Source of the DNA: Eledone cirrhosa
Lineage: Eukaryota
Length of the DNA: 64,000 nucleotides
Assembly (NCBI GenBank): GCA_964016885.1
Contig: OZ024742.1
Coordinates: 276,830,001-276,894,000 of the forward strand
Direction of reading: 5' to 3'
Under the pieces are notes generated by a model. That model saw only the letters and a list, made by a program, of their open reading frames with translations, did not search any database and was not told where the DNA came from. A program made the position numbers and the translations under genes. Positions 62,368 to 64,000 of this stretch are shown in pieces; the first letter of the stretch is position 1, and the number at the start of each line of letters is the position of its first letter.

Positions 62368-64000
62368 CCTACACGGCCACATTACAGCATGGACTGTGTG
62401 TTTTTTTGTCATGACATCTACACGACCTCAATCTCATTTATTTGGACTGGATGTTGTAGTACCAACTTTACAGAGAGAGAGTGGTGTTAATGGGAGTGGG
62501 AGGATAGGGTAGGGGTAGTGGATTAGAGTGTGTATTTGGTTAAGAGGTGCCTACTTACTGTAGGTTTCACTTTGTACATAGGCAACGCGGGTCTTCTGTA
62601 TTACTGTGTAGCGCCAAAGATCTCGGTCCAGTGACATTGTCTTAGGGAGGTGGGAGTGTGTAAGGTTGGAATTTATCAAATTGTCCCAGGTTTTTCTGGG
62701 TCTACCTACTCTGTAACTTCCATCAATTTTGATCGCCCTGCACTTTTTTATAAAGCTGTCATCTTTCATGCACATCACGTGACCATACCAACGTAGCCTT
62801 CTCTCAAGTAAACAGCATCTGATCCCTCTTATTCCTAATTTCTCACTTAGTTCATTTATGCTTTGCCGTTCACGTGTGTTACTATTACACATCCAACGGA
62901 GCATGCATGCTTTGTTCCTTTCCAGTTTGCGTAGATCCTCTGCACACAATGCCCAAGTCTCACTGCCATGTAGCATTGCTGTTCATATACAGGCTTCATA
63001 CAATCTGCCTTTCATTTTTAGAGAGAAACTTTTTGTGGCCAACAGTGGTATAAGCTCTCTGAACTTTTTCCATCCCGTTCTGACTCTGGCTATTGTACTT
63101 TCAGAACACCCTCCACCACTGCTGATTTTGTCACCCAGGTAACGGAAAGTGTCCACTATTTCTATAGAACCATCTTGGCAATAGAAGGAGCTAGTATCCG
63201 GTAGGCACTTGCTACTTATTGCACCTGAGCATCGGCCACATATAAAATCTATGTTCTTAGATAGTTTACCTGTGATCCCACTACATCTTTTATGTACCCA
63301 TAGTTTGCATTTGGGACATAAAATGGAGTTTCTGCCTACTCCTTTCCTACACACTGAGCATGGCCATTTCCCTGAGGGCACTTGTGCCCTATTTTCCTTT
63401 CTACAAACTAGAACTTTAGTCTTAGACAAGTTAACTTTAAGACCTTTTGATTCTAGGCCATTCTTCCATGTTTGGAATTTCTTCTCTAGTTCGGCCATAG
63501 ATTCAGCTATGAGAGTTATATCATCTGCGTATAGCAGTTTCCATGGTCTTAAACTCCTCTGTTATAGCCTGAAGGGCAATAATAAATAGGAGGGGCTAAG
63601 GACAGAGCCTTGATGAACACCAACTTTTACACTAAATTCTTCACAATATTCATTGTTAATTCTAACCTTACTGACTGTTTCTTTATACATAGCTTGTATA
63701 GCTCTCACAAGCCATTCATCTACATCTAGTTTTCTAAGAGCCCACCAGATAATGGAACGGGTGACTCTGTCAAAGGCTTTCTCCAGGTCTCCAAAAGCTA
63801 AGTAGAGGGGTTTACTTTTAGCTAGGTACTTCTGTAGTTGTCGTACAAGGAAAAGAACCTCTGTGGTACTTTTACCTGATACAAACCCAAACTGCATTTC
63901 ATCTAGATCAATTTGCTCTCTGATTAGTTGTGCTATAACTCTTTCTGTGACCTTCATGACCTGGTCAACTAACTTAATGCCTCTATAGTTACTCCTATCT
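62368..64000 (-). mobile_element. RTE LINE of the same family, frameshifted, running off the window end
   Basis: ORFs 63562-63957, 62983-63498 and 62551-62976. Confidence 0.93.

Overview
Repeat-dense, AT-rich eukaryotic DNA. The SINE, RTE and Penelope repertoire and the gene sequences suggest a mollusc, probably an octopus-type cephalopod (inference). Two host genes converge. On +, the last four coding exons of an NF-kB p105/Relish-like gene (final ankyrin repeat plus death domain) span 7425-13919. On -, nine coding exons of WIPI2/Atg18 span 59716-21618, and its 5' exons lie outside the window. I rebuilt both from GT-AG junctions with consistent phases. The introns and intergenic DNA hold: a Gypsy LTR element inserted into a Tx1/L1 LINE; a full-length but disabled 6-kb Helitron with a deletion derivative and an apparently captured 3' end; a second non-autonomous Helitron; a mariner; several Penelope-like remnants with hammerhead-ribozyme motifs; RTE LINEs carrying a PHD-like finger; R4/Dong-like LINE remnants; piggyBac-, hAT- and Tc1-type MITEs; and many tRNA-derived SINEs. 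No prokaryotic systems are present. The most notable structures are the chimeric Helitron, an inverted pair of hammerheads, a spacer-less 168-bp palindrome, and a convergent RTE pair with a 223-bp exact inverted duplication.
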